A stretch of 64,000 nt of DNA, taken from positions 160,001-224,000 of the forward strand of contig JAHJQN010000004.1 in NCBI GenBank assembly GCA_018819225.1, read 5' to 3'. Numbering within the stretch: the stretch's first letter is position 1; the number at the start of each line of letters is the position of its first letter. The notes under the pieces were generated by a model, which did no database searches, was not told the origin of the DNA, and worked only from the letters and a program-made list of their open reading frames with translations. The translations under genes and the position numbers were made by a program. Shown in pieces: positions 17,989 through 27,600 of the stretch. This DNA is from Candidatus Micrarchaeota archaeon (GTDB lineage: Archaea > Micrarchaeota > Micrarchaeia > Norongarragalinales > SBBD01).

Positions 17989-18426
17989 TTGAATAAGCAA
18001 CTATTTGAGAACAAGGCGTGGTTTCTGGCAACGGTCATCCTGTTGTTGTTCGTCGCCATCGTCATCGTGCCTCCGATGTTTGCGCACCCGAACATGGAAC
18101 ACCGGCGCGGCGAATTCATTTCATTGAAAGAGAACATTCAGGACGACATGCGTCATGAGGAAAACTACCAGTGTTGCTTGGAGAAACCGTGCATGTACTG
18201 CATCGAGAAGACGCCGGGTCACGGCGAGGGGGCTGAATGTCAATGCCTGGATGACATCGTTAACGGGAGGCACCCGTGCGGGGAATGCATCGGCGAAATC
18301 CTCGAGGGACATGGGAACCCGCATTTAACAGAGTATTTCGCGGTCGCCATTGCAGAGGAAGTCGGGGAAGAGCACTTGCCTACGCTTCAGATGATCATCA
18401 AGGAAAAGTACGGCGAGGACGCGTAA
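17989..18426 (+). CDS. Membrane-anchored Cys-rich protein
   Basis: N-terminal TM; CCLEKPCMYC, CQC, PCGEC. Confidence 0.75.
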   Translation: MNKQLFENKAWFLATVILLLFVAIVIVPPMFAHPNMEHRRGEFISLKENIQDDMRHEENYQCCLEKPCMYCIEKTPGHGEGAECQCLDDIVNGRHPCGECIGEILEGHGNPHLTEYFAVAIAEEVGEEHLPTLQMIIKEKYGEDA

Positions 18427-18484
18427 GCAACTAATGATCCTCAAACATCACAGTTCATCTTCATGCAGAAAACGAATGGGCGCC

Positions 18485-21064
18485 TTATCCCCGCTTTCTA
18501 TAAAGATAAAGCGCGGCCGACAAAAAGAACGGAATCAGGAATACCGAAAAATCCGGTACACTTCCTGCCACTGCGTTAGGACGTTGGATCGAACACGTCG
18601 CGCTACCAAAAGAAGTCTCCGCCCTCAATTGATAATCGCCCGCCAGTTCCGTTTCAACAGAATAAGTTAACGCATTTTTTTCCTGACTGATAAACGAATT
18701 GGGCGAACCCGTCATTAATATGTCCGAATTGGAACACGCCACCCCGTTCTTCAAACACTGAACAACCACATTCGTCAAATCGGATGCAGTCAAACGGGGA
18801 CAATCCAGTAAAAGCAGATTCGATGGAGGCTGGGAATAATTGGGGTCCTGTGGGCCGTTGTTCCCGTCATTTCCATCACCCAATGCCACAATAACGATTG
18901 CTTGATCCTGACCTTCTGCACCCTCATCGTCCGTAGCCCATAACTGCACGGTATAAACGCCGACTTCCGTACAGGAAAGAAGGGCCGTCGCAGTAACCAA
19001 ATCGGTTCCAATCCCTTCATAAGCCATATCGTTCAGCGTACAAGGAGGATTGCTTATCAAAGACCATTCCGCTTGTTCGATAATGTCACCGGTATCCGAA
19101 GCGGTTCCCGCCAAAGAAATCGTTCCGAACACGTCAGCTGCATAACCGGATCCTGCATCCACAATCGGAGGCTCATTCGGCCCGCACGAACACGAAAACG
19201 GGTTGCATACATCTCCTGGATTCAGACAGTCGGAATCGTCTTCGCATGCTGCACCGCAAGAGCCTATGACACATTCGTACACTCCGGGAACGCACGAACA
19301 AGAGGTTGGGTTGGCGTCGCATGAAAAACCTTGGTACGTTTGCCCGCCCGAACAAGGAAGATTGCAGTCGAAATCATCATTGCATTCAGCGCCGCAAATC
19401 TGCACGGATTCCCAACACGTACCCGGAGCCCAATCTCCGAAAGAACATTCGCAGGCATCCGGACACCCAAACGTCCGTCTTTCAAAGATATTTGACGGCA
19501 TGCATTGCCATGCATCACCCGAGCAATCCGCATCCACCTCACATCCGCACGACTCTACGGTTGTACGAATACTGTCGACTACCGGCCTCATGGAACCGTC
19601 TGAAGTTCTCAATTCAGAGCGCCAACGCACCAGCGCCGAGCGGGGGTTCACGTTGTACCAAACGCCGGGAATAACGGAAGACCACGCGTTTCCCAAACCG
19701 TAATTCAGGAAATAGGATACCGATGTTAGAGGATCCAAGGCATCCACTTTCGTCAATTTCGCTCTTTTAATTTTTCGACCGTCATCCAGCACCGCACCGC
19801 CCAGATCCAAAGACTGGCCGCGCGCCAAGTCCGCGTAACGCGTTTTCGACAAGTCAATGAGAACGCCGCGATTCGGAAATTGGGGCCCACCGACACTGTA
19901 ACTCGTATACCCCGTTTCCGAAAACACGTCGAATCCATAAGCGAAATAAGCGACAGACCCAACGCTGCCGAACCATTTTTCTCCAAGCGATGAAATACCG
20001 TCGATGTTCGTCAAATCGAGTACGTAAAGGGGGTTTGGGTTTCGGGTCGATGAAAAACAAGTAAGATAACCGGTATGATCCTCGATTTGAAGGAAAATGA
20101 TTGTGCCAGGCCATTCGTTTTCGACGCAATCCGCAGGAAATTCCGGCGATGGAATGATGCGGCGGATCGATGGCGCGTTCGGATCGGAGACGTCTAGCAC
20201 ATAGAATTTTGCCAACTTCGGGGCCGTAAACGAATCGTCCGCGACCCAAAGAAATCCGTCGAGCCATTCCGCCTCCACTCCCCCGTCGATTAGAATATTT
20301 CCGCGAACTTGGTAATTGTTAATCAACGAAACATCCAGGACATGCATTCGGACGTCGGATGGGGAAATGATGTATTCCGCAACGTATAGGAAATTGCCTT
20401 GTTTCTCCAAAATTTTGGCCGTATTCGAGATTCCGGGCAACGTGTTACTAAAAATTTCAGTAGGCACAGCCGGAGTGGAAACATCGTATATAAAGAAAGA
20501 TGTTCCGAGCGTGGCGTACAGTCTGTCCCCGACAACCACCAACGAAGAATGCCCGCCGCGGAAATGCGATCCAACCAACACGGGATTCAACGGATCGGAA
20601 ATGTCCCATATGGACAATCGTTGGTCTCCTGCAAGCTTCTCGGAAAGGAACAAGTAATTATCGTCGTAATCGTAGGCCGTAACCATGCCATCGAGTTGAA
20701 ATTCGCGTTCGTACACCGGATTTTTTGGGTCCGACAAACCGTACACGATCATTCGATCACTAGGAGGTAGACAGGAGTTGACAGAGCCTCTCGGAAGGTA
20801 ATACAACGCCTGACCTTTTACTACGAGAGGAATCGAAACGCAATGACGGTAAAAACGGTCGGCCCACGCCAGATTTTCCAAAGACGGAATCAGAGGCAAG
20901 GTGAGTACGCCTGGAGGCGCCGTATCCCACGAAGCGTTCGTTTCCAAGATATCTTTGTAGAGTTCGTCCGTGAATTCTTCCGTGTAAAACGTTTCCTGCA
21001 ACGCGGTAGCGGGTAGGAAGAGAACCGCTAGGAACAGGAGCAACCGCAAACCATGATTTTTCAT
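18485..21064 (-). CDS. Cell-surface protein: LVIVD beta-propeller, Cys-rich region, PKD-like domain, PEF-CTERM-like tail
   Basis: Signal peptide; repeated (I/V)xD(V/I)SDPxxP; PPIVDAG...SLAG; C-terminal VPDF, TM, RKR. Confidence 0.8.
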   Translation of the reverse strand: MKNHGLRLLLFLAVLFLPATALQETFYTEEFTDELYKDILETNASWDTAPPGVLTLPLIPSLENLAWADRFYRHCVSIPLVVKGQALYYLPRGSVNSCLPPSDRMIVYGLSDPKNPVYEREFQLDGMVTAYDYDDNYLFLSEKLAGDQRLSIWDISDPLNPVLVGSHFRGGHSSLVVVGDRLYATLGTSFFIYDVSTPAVPTEIFSNTLPGISNTAKILEKQGNFLYVAEYIISPSDVRMHVLDVSLINNYQVRGNILIDGGVEAEWLDGFLWVADDSFTAPKLAKFYVLDVSDPNAPSIRRIIPSPEFPADCVENEWPGTIIFLQIEDHTGYLTCFSSTRNPNPLYVLDLTNIDGISSLGEKWFGSVGSVAYFAYGFDVFSETGYTSYSVGGPQFPNRGVLIDLSKTRYADLARGQSLDLGGAVLDDGRKIKRAKLTKVDALDPLTSVSYFLNYGLGNAWSSVIPGVWYNVNPRSALVRWRSELRTSDGSMRPVVDSIRTTVESCGCEVDADCSGDAWQCMPSNIFERRTFGCPDACECSFGDWAPGTCWESVQICGAECNDDFDCNLPCSGGQTYQGFSCDANPTSCSCVPGVYECVIGSCGAACEDDSDCLNPGDVCNPFSCSCGPNEPPIVDAGSGYAADVFGTISLAGTASDTGDIIEQAEWSLISNPPCTLNDMAYEGIGTDLVTATALLSCTEVGVYTVQLWATDDEGAEGQDQAIVIVALGDGNDGNNGPQDPNYSQPPSNLLLLDCPRLTASDLTNVVVQCLKNGVACSNSDILMTGSPNSFISQEKNALTYSVETELAGDYQLRAETSFGSATCSIQRPNAVAGSVPDFSVFLIPFFLSAALYLYRKRG

Positions 21065-21143
21065 GATAAAACAACGCCATAAGTCAATTTAATGGTAACG
21101 ACTGCGAGAGAAGCCGGAAAACTCCGATAAACGGTTAGAATAT

Positions 21144-22805
21144 TCACGCATCCCGAGATCGAGGAGGCTCATTTATTATTTTCGTTTGCCCTTGCCTTGA
21201 TGAAAAATAAATGGCGGCTGTCACTATAACAACTACCAACGCGAAAGCCAGTGCAGCATACTTACTAGAAACACCGTACGCGGCCTTCCGCACGTTCCGA
21301 ACGAACGAGCCCCAGGCATCCCGTGCTTCCAGCTCGCGTTTCTCGCGCATGTATTCCTCGTAGACGCGAAGAGCGGCCTCTGATTCCTGCGGATCCTCGC
21401 CCAACTGCTTCAAACGCTTCAGCACCTCCGTCTTGTCTTCGTCGGAGACCGCGCTTCCCATGTATGACCAATCCACGGCCACTTCGTCGTTATCCTGTTG
21501 AATTGTTTGCTGAACGTTTTCTGGAATTATTGAGCTCGACGGAATAGGGGTTTCGTTACTATTACCAAGCGGATTGTCCGTTGGAGTCCCCGGAGGTTGA
21601 GAAGGAATGGGGGAGGGAGTCGTGGTAGGCGGTAACGGAGCTGTGGGCGAAGCGTTTCCAGGCGGTGTTGGTTGAGCAGGAAACGCGGGCAACGTGAATT
21701 CGAGCGTTCCGTAACCATTTACTACCGCATTAAATTCGTGCTCCTCTCCTTGCAAGCTAAATGAAAAAACGTAAGGATTATGATAACTCATTCCCTGCGT
21801 GCTGGAATTCGTATGGTTGAAAAGGGGGATCCACGCTCCTTCCTCCCCGACATTCGTTTCAAAAACGATTTCTCCGGATTGGTCACGAACCGTGAGCTCA
21901 CCTGATGCAGGGGAACCATCGGAGTAGAACAACTTGACGAGCACGTCCCAGCCAATGGCGAACTTCCAATTCATCCAAGCCGGGCCCGTGTTGGGAGCGA
22001 ATCCCTCGGGCGCATTAAGAAACCGATTGAATCCGTTCTGTTCGATGTCTTTTTCGTTGTTATTAAATGTGGAATTGCGGATCGTGAACATGTTGCTGGA
22101 ATGGGATACGCCGTAAGTGAGGTTGATAAATGAATGGTTAACGTAGGAATTGGAAGCGGTGTTGTCGTCATCAACCAACCCGTAAGTGGAATATTGCTCG
22201 CGGTTTCCTAGTATCGTGTTGTGCTCGATCCGATTGTGGCGGGCTCCTCCGGACTCCGGGTTGTCGGATATGACGATGCCCAGGAGGTTACGTTCCAGCA
22301 TATTGCTCTTGACAAAATTGAAATTCGCCCTCTCGAAACGGTAGGAGGCCAAAATGGCGATCCCGGTTTTCGCATCCGACACCCGATTGTTCTCTATGGT
22401 GCAGTTGTTCACGGTTTGGAGACTGACACCTGCACTCTGGAGGGAATGCAGGACGATTTCGTTTCCCCGCACGGAACAAAAATCTGACCGTTCACCGAGA
22501 ATGGCGGTCGGCACGCCATGCTCCCACGGATATTCCGTTGCTTGCAACCGGCAGTTGGCAATGGAAACATTTGGCGCATTAGTAAAATTGATGCCACGGT
22601 AGTAAAAAATGATGGAATGGCCTGCGCAGTCAAGGCCTACGTCGCCGGAAATGATGTTGAAACACGGTGGTTCCAGCGAGGTGGAAACGTTGTTGGCCAG
22701 CACGTAAGCGCCCGGTTGATCGATTACGGAACAGGACGTGAGCACTTGCGCTCCCGCTGTCCCGATTCCCACTAAGAATGCCAGCAACAAGAGCGCCTTT
22801 CGCAT
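21144..22805 (-). CDS. Surface protein with right-handed parallel beta-helix (NosD/CASH-like), Pro-rich linker and C-terminal TM
   Basis: Signal peptide; LDCAGHSI, NxTIxNN repeats. Confidence 0.8.
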   Translation of the reverse strand: MRKALLLLAFLVGIGTAGAQVLTSCSVIDQPGAYVLANNVSTSLEPPCFNIISGDVGLDCAGHSIIFYYRGINFTNAPNVSIANCRLQATEYPWEHGVPTAILGERSDFCSVRGNEIVLHSLQSAGVSLQTVNNCTIENNRVSDAKTGIAILASYRFERANFNFVKSNMLERNLLGIVISDNPESGGARHNRIEHNTILGNREQYSTYGLVDDDNTASNSYVNHSFINLTYGVSHSSNMFTIRNSTFNNNEKDIEQNGFNRFLNAPEGFAPNTGPAWMNWKFAIGWDVLVKLFYSDGSPASGELTVRDQSGEIVFETNVGEEGAWIPLFNHTNSSTQGMSYHNPYVFSFSLQGEEHEFNAVVNGYGTLEFTLPAFPAQPTPPGNASPTAPLPPTTTPSPIPSQPPGTPTDNPLGNSNETPIPSSSIIPENVQQTIQQDNDEVAVDWSYMGSAVSDEDKTEVLKRLKQLGEDPQESEAALRVYEEYMREKRELEARDAWGSFVRNVRKAAYGVSSKYAALAFALVVVIVTAAIYFSSRQGQTKIINEPPRSRDA

Positions 22806-22851
22806 GAATTCGTTGTTGCGTGAACTCCTATATTAAAGCGCTCGGAATCGA

Positions 22852-24654
22852 TTATTGGTCCGCAAACGTCGCCGGATTGATGAACATCGGTTGGTTGTTT
22901 CCGTATACTTCCAACAAGTGGTTCGGGAACGGAGAAAGCGTATCATGAACCGTTCCAAATGCACCGGACCAGTCGCCTGCGTACGCCTCCGTTGCAGCAC
23001 AGGCTAGGCCAATGCAGATTGCCGCAGGTCCCAAATACCTTTTTCCATTAGAAGCAAGCCGTAACAGGCTACGGCCGAGCAAACGGGACTCCGACTTGAG
23101 TGCCGATGAGAAAAGACCGGACTTGATCGCTCCTGGAACGTATTTAAGGGGCGTCTTGAGTACTTCACGATATTCGGCTATCCACGGAGATTTGGCGCTG
23201 GTCCAATAAAAACGTTCGAACGACTTAAAGCCTCCAAGCGCTGCAACTTCTTCTGCCTGCAATCCAAGCGGATTGAACCGCTTGGTCAACGTGGCCTGAA
23301 CGCGCGTTGCCGCATATTCCTTCAACACGTGGCTTTTTGCAGACGCTGATCCTAGATAAGTGCGTTGCGGGATGCCAGACGACCTTTTCAACAACTCGGA
23401 ATTGGAATGAACGCTTTGGAACTGGCCCAAGGCATGCGAAGCCTCGTGAGCGAACACGCCGATGTCGACATTACCCGGGAATACGAGTAATTTTTCCGAC
23501 GCGTCGAAAAACGCTTTATTCGTGTACGGATTAATTCCGACTTGATAACCTGCCTTTATGGGAGCCAACAACCTGCTGAAACCGGATGACGCAAGCGTAT
23601 CGTAATGGAGAGACAAACCGCTCGGAAGGTTTCCGACAGGAGGACCACTCTGAAATCCGTCAGGATCCACGAACTTTAACGGGTTGTTTTCCGCATACGC
23701 GTACGAATTGCCTGTTCCGTCGAACAACGGATCGACGGCCAAAAACCTCCCGATGGAAGGATGGTAGTATCGCGCGCCGAAATACGCAAAACCGCTAGCG
23801 TCAAGCTCGTTTCCGGAAAACTTGAAAGGAGTCAACGCGGCAGGAGACAATGCTTTCCCGAACGGTTCGTAATGCGAATTGCTTACTACCACGGTATCGG
23901 AATTGACGTCTTTGGAGACCACGCGCGAGCTTCCAAGGTAGTCAGCGGCCACGTACTCCAATTGCTTGACTCCCTGGCGCGGCACTTCCTGGGCAACCAG
24001 TTTATCCCCGCCGTAATAGAATTCGGAAGCAGCCGGAGATGGGGTAGGAGTCGGCGTAGGCGTGTTGGTAACCGTTGGGGAAGGCGTCGGAGTGTTCGTC
24101 ACCGTTGGAGTAGGCTCGTTATAGTAACAATTTCCAGAACAGCACACCAAGGTTTCAGAACAGTAGCCTTGGGGGCGGTCATAGCACTGGTAGAAATCCG
24201 AGCACGAACCCGGTAAGCAACGGGAATTCACGTAATAACCGCAGGGAGTAGGAGTCGGTGAGGCCGTCGGTGCTCCCGGACAATTTCCACTACAACAGAC
24301 AAACCCCGTTGAACATCCTTGAATACCGTCACCTACACTATGACAGTCTTGACCAAATCCAAAGCAATAAGAATGCTCACCGTCTTGAGCTACGCAGCGT
24401 CCACCCAATTCATTGCAGAACGCGCCTCCACCGCCTCCACAGTCTTCGCCAATACAGTTACCCATACCGGGCTCAATAAGGCCAATCCAACCTAGGGAAG
24501 ACGCTATACCGCTCGCACCCTTCCAGTCTAAGGCTATCCAAATTATTGCGAGGACCAACAATATGGTGAAAAAGGCTGCCAATGTTTTCTTCGTGAACAA
24601 AGAATGGGTGCGCTGGTGCCACGATTCCTTTTTTCTCCGTTGGCTGGTTGGCAT
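22852..24654 (-). CDS. Membrane-anchored RHS-core protein with C-terminal HExxH effector
   Basis: Basic N-terminus and TM, two Cys-rich repeats, PT linker, DYLGS/YEPFG/ELDASG/ARYYHPSIGRFLAVDP/NSYAYAENNPLKFVDPDG, then ~267-aa tail with HEASH. Confidence 0.88.
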   Translation of the reverse strand: MPTSQRRKKESWHQRTHSLFTKKTLAAFFTILLVLAIIWIALDWKGASGIASSLGWIGLIEPGMGNCIGEDCGGGGGAFCNELGGRCVAQDGEHSYCFGFGQDCHSVGDGIQGCSTGFVCCSGNCPGAPTASPTPTPCGYYVNSRCLPGSCSDFYQCYDRPQGYCSETLVCCSGNCYYNEPTPTVTNTPTPSPTVTNTPTPTPTPSPAASEFYYGGDKLVAQEVPRQGVKQLEYVAADYLGSSRVVSKDVNSDTVVVSNSHYEPFGKALSPAALTPFKFSGNELDASGFAYFGARYYHPSIGRFLAVDPLFDGTGNSYAYAENNPLKFVDPDGFQSGPPVGNLPSGLSLHYDTLASSGFSRLLAPIKAGYQVGINPYTNKAFFDASEKLLVFPGNVDIGVFAHEASHALGQFQSVHSNSELLKRSSGIPQRTYLGSASAKSHVLKEYAATRVQATLTKRFNPLGLQAEEVAALGGFKSFERFYWTSAKSPWIAEYREVLKTPLKYVPGAIKSGLFSSALKSESRLLGRSLLRLASNGKRYLGPAAICIGLACAATEAYAGDWSGAFGTVHDTLSPFPNHLLEVYGNNQPMFINPATFADQ

Positions 24655-24669
24655 GTCCGAAAACCTGTT

Positions 24670-27600
24670 TCAACTACAGCTGATCCCGCTGACAGGAACA
24701 TCCGATAACGTCTGGATGACGTTGCCCCCACTGAAAGCGTAATAGGTAGCAAGTGCTTGCGAAGCGGTTTTAACGACTTTTTTCACGCGGTTGCCGCTTT
24801 CATCGTAATAGTATTGCTCGCAGTTTCCGTTCGCATAACGAATCCGCTTCAAGTTTCCTTCGTAATCGTAATCCAGTTGCCGATCGTAAGATGAACCGCC
24901 GACGCAGTTCGTCATACTTATGACGTGGCCCTGCGAGTCGTACGAGTAAAGACAGCCATTTCCTGTTCCGGCATCTCCTGCACGCTGCAACCGGTTGGTT
25001 CCCGAATAGTACGAATACGTTCGCGGGGGTTCATCCGAATCCTCTTCCGTCATTCGGTTGCCCACGGAATCGTACGAATATCCCATCATGCCTTGCGGGA
25101 AACCGTAGTATCCGTCGTACGCCCAAATGGCGGTCAAGCGGTCAAGGGCATCGTATGAGAAGGCCGCGCCTTTCCCGAGATCCGTCCGGTGCAACGAATC
25201 CAAATTCCCTCCGGGAGTGTAAGCGTACGTTTCCTGCCACAACGGATCCCCATTTTTCGCATAAAACGAATCCGATTCCAAAAGGAAACGGTTATCGTAA
25301 TCAAAGGATTGCCAGGCGTCATGCCCAAAAGTAATACGACTTTGCCGATTATACCCATCGTACGCATATTTTGCGAGTCTCGCGAACGCTCCGTTGAGAG
25401 GCTTCCGCAGGATTTCATCTAATCTTCCCAACGAGTCGTACAGATATTTTATTTGCGTTCCTCCAGGATAAGTCGCTATTTCGAGGAGACCCGCGTTATT
25501 GTAGGTATATGTCAGCCGGAAGCCTACCGAAGAGAAAGGCTTGCCGTTATTGGACTGGAACCGCGTGCATTCGCTTGCGGTTACCGATCCATCCCTATCG
25601 AAGTCGAGCATGGGATGGTAGTACGATCCGGCGTAAGACGCAGGGGTATTTGAACACGTCTGACCCATCTCGGTTACATCCGACGAATCCACGAGGCCAT
25701 CCATATTGATGTCAGGGCACCCGTAGGAAAACACTTCCCCAGTGTCGGTTCGTTTGCACGACCCATGGAAAAACTGCGTTTCCCGCGAGACGTATGCTCG
25801 TGAGTCGTATTCAAACCAATGCGCCGTAACTTTGTTGGATGAAGCAAACAATTTTCCTTTATGGTAAGGCGACGCGGAGGAATCGAAAGTATAATAGCGA
25901 TCAGGAACCCCTCCGAACGACACTTTGCGCAGCCGGTTTATCGCGTCGTATTCGTAATTGAATATTTTTTCGCCTCCGTTCACAGTTTTCGTAACCTCGT
26001 TTCCGGCATCATCATACGCGTGATGGAGTGAACCCGCGTCCGGACTAGAAACGTCCGTGGCACGGCCCAACAGATCGTATACGTTAACCGAAATCAAACC
26101 ATTTGGAGCGAACACCGTGGTGGGCCGCCCAGCGGAATCCCGTTCGTACCACGTAACCCCTCCAGTGGGATCTCGTTCCTCATAAACGCGCCCAAGAGAA
26201 TCGAGATACGACATGTACAAGTTACCACCCGTATCGGAAGAAACGGAGATACCGGGAGTTTCCGCATTATTCTGAAACGAGTCAGCGAATACCTGGAAAT
26301 GTTTGTTTTTCTGCCGGTTGCTGACGACGATGCGCGCTGTAACGCCGTCCGCATAAACACTCGCCCGATAGGAATGCCCCGCTTTCAAGAAAACCGTCCG
26401 CCTGGAATCGGTGACTTGGGGAGCGTAAAACCCGTAAGAACACGTATGCATCGACACCCGACCCACGTAATTGTTCCAAAGTTCTGAAGAGGTTATCGTC
26501 AGGTCTTCAAGTTGTGCTGAAGCAATGTCACCATCTTCCGCACCAGATATACTACAGTAAACGTCGTAGAATCCATCAGATGTAATCATAAAACCAGTCT
26601 CTCCATAACCGCTCGATCGACTAAGATCCGCCCATACCGCTGATTGCACTACTTCCCAGGAAGGCTGGCTTCCCGCAGGGTAGTCGGCCTCCAGAATTCC
26701 TTCCGGAGAATCAGCGAATTCTTTCCTCCAATAGACAGGAGGCAACGAAGCCGTATGCGGTACCGACGATTGAACAATCCGCGAGTACGCGTCGTACGCT
26801 GTTTCCGATATCAAGTCCGAATTGCCGTTCTCGACTTCCGTTCGAATAAGCCTTCCCAATCCATCGAAGTAGCTACGCGTTTCCTTCCAAAGCTCGCCGG
26901 AAATGCGTTCCCGTTCGGTTATGCGGTTAAGGTTTGAACCGGATAACGCTTCGCCAGCAATATAATAATCAAACGTCGTAGACGGAGTTGAATCTCCCGG
27001 TTTCAAGACCGTTCTCAAACGACCGAACTCGTCATAATTATACGTTGTGCGGCTTCCGTCGGGTGCGGTCATACGTTCGAGCATGCCTTTGGAATTGTAT
27101 TTGTACGTCGTTGCTAGCCCCACAGCGTCTTCCGTACACGTGATGAGAGCGTGCGCCCACTGGCCACCTCCGTTGCTGCATTGGTCGTTGTTCCCGAAAT
27201 AAAGCAGAGTTTGTTTTCCGTTCTCATCGCGCTGGAGAGTGGGATTGCCGTACGAGTCGTAAGAATCCGTGAACGAAACGACTTCCGAATTCGCAGTTTT
27301 CGACTCATGAAATTCCTTCGGCCTCTGTACTCCCGAAAAATCGGAATAGACGTTTCTTGAAGATGCAACCAGTTGTCCGTTGGAAGTAACTTGGGAACTC
27401 TTGACTTCAGAAAACCGATTTGCATCGGCCAGCAGATCATTGGTTTCCCATTCATACTCATTTGTGACCACGCGTTCGTTGAAACCGCCGGGCTCCACCG
27501 TCGTTGAACGCATAAAACCATTAACTCCGTCGTCCACGTAATCGTACGATGTTTTCGACCCCACACCGCGAACAGCGGACTCGATCTCCATTGTTCGGGA

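Noticed and set aside
21144-22805. Beta-helix gene as the RHS immunity protein
   Set aside because: Large exported protein with its own TATA-like element; does not resemble small coupled immunity genes, though not formally excluded
24030-24120. Short tandem nucleotide repeats (also the Gly-codon repeats at 5650-5760)
   Set aside because: Explained by Pro/Thr linker and RGG-rich coding sequence
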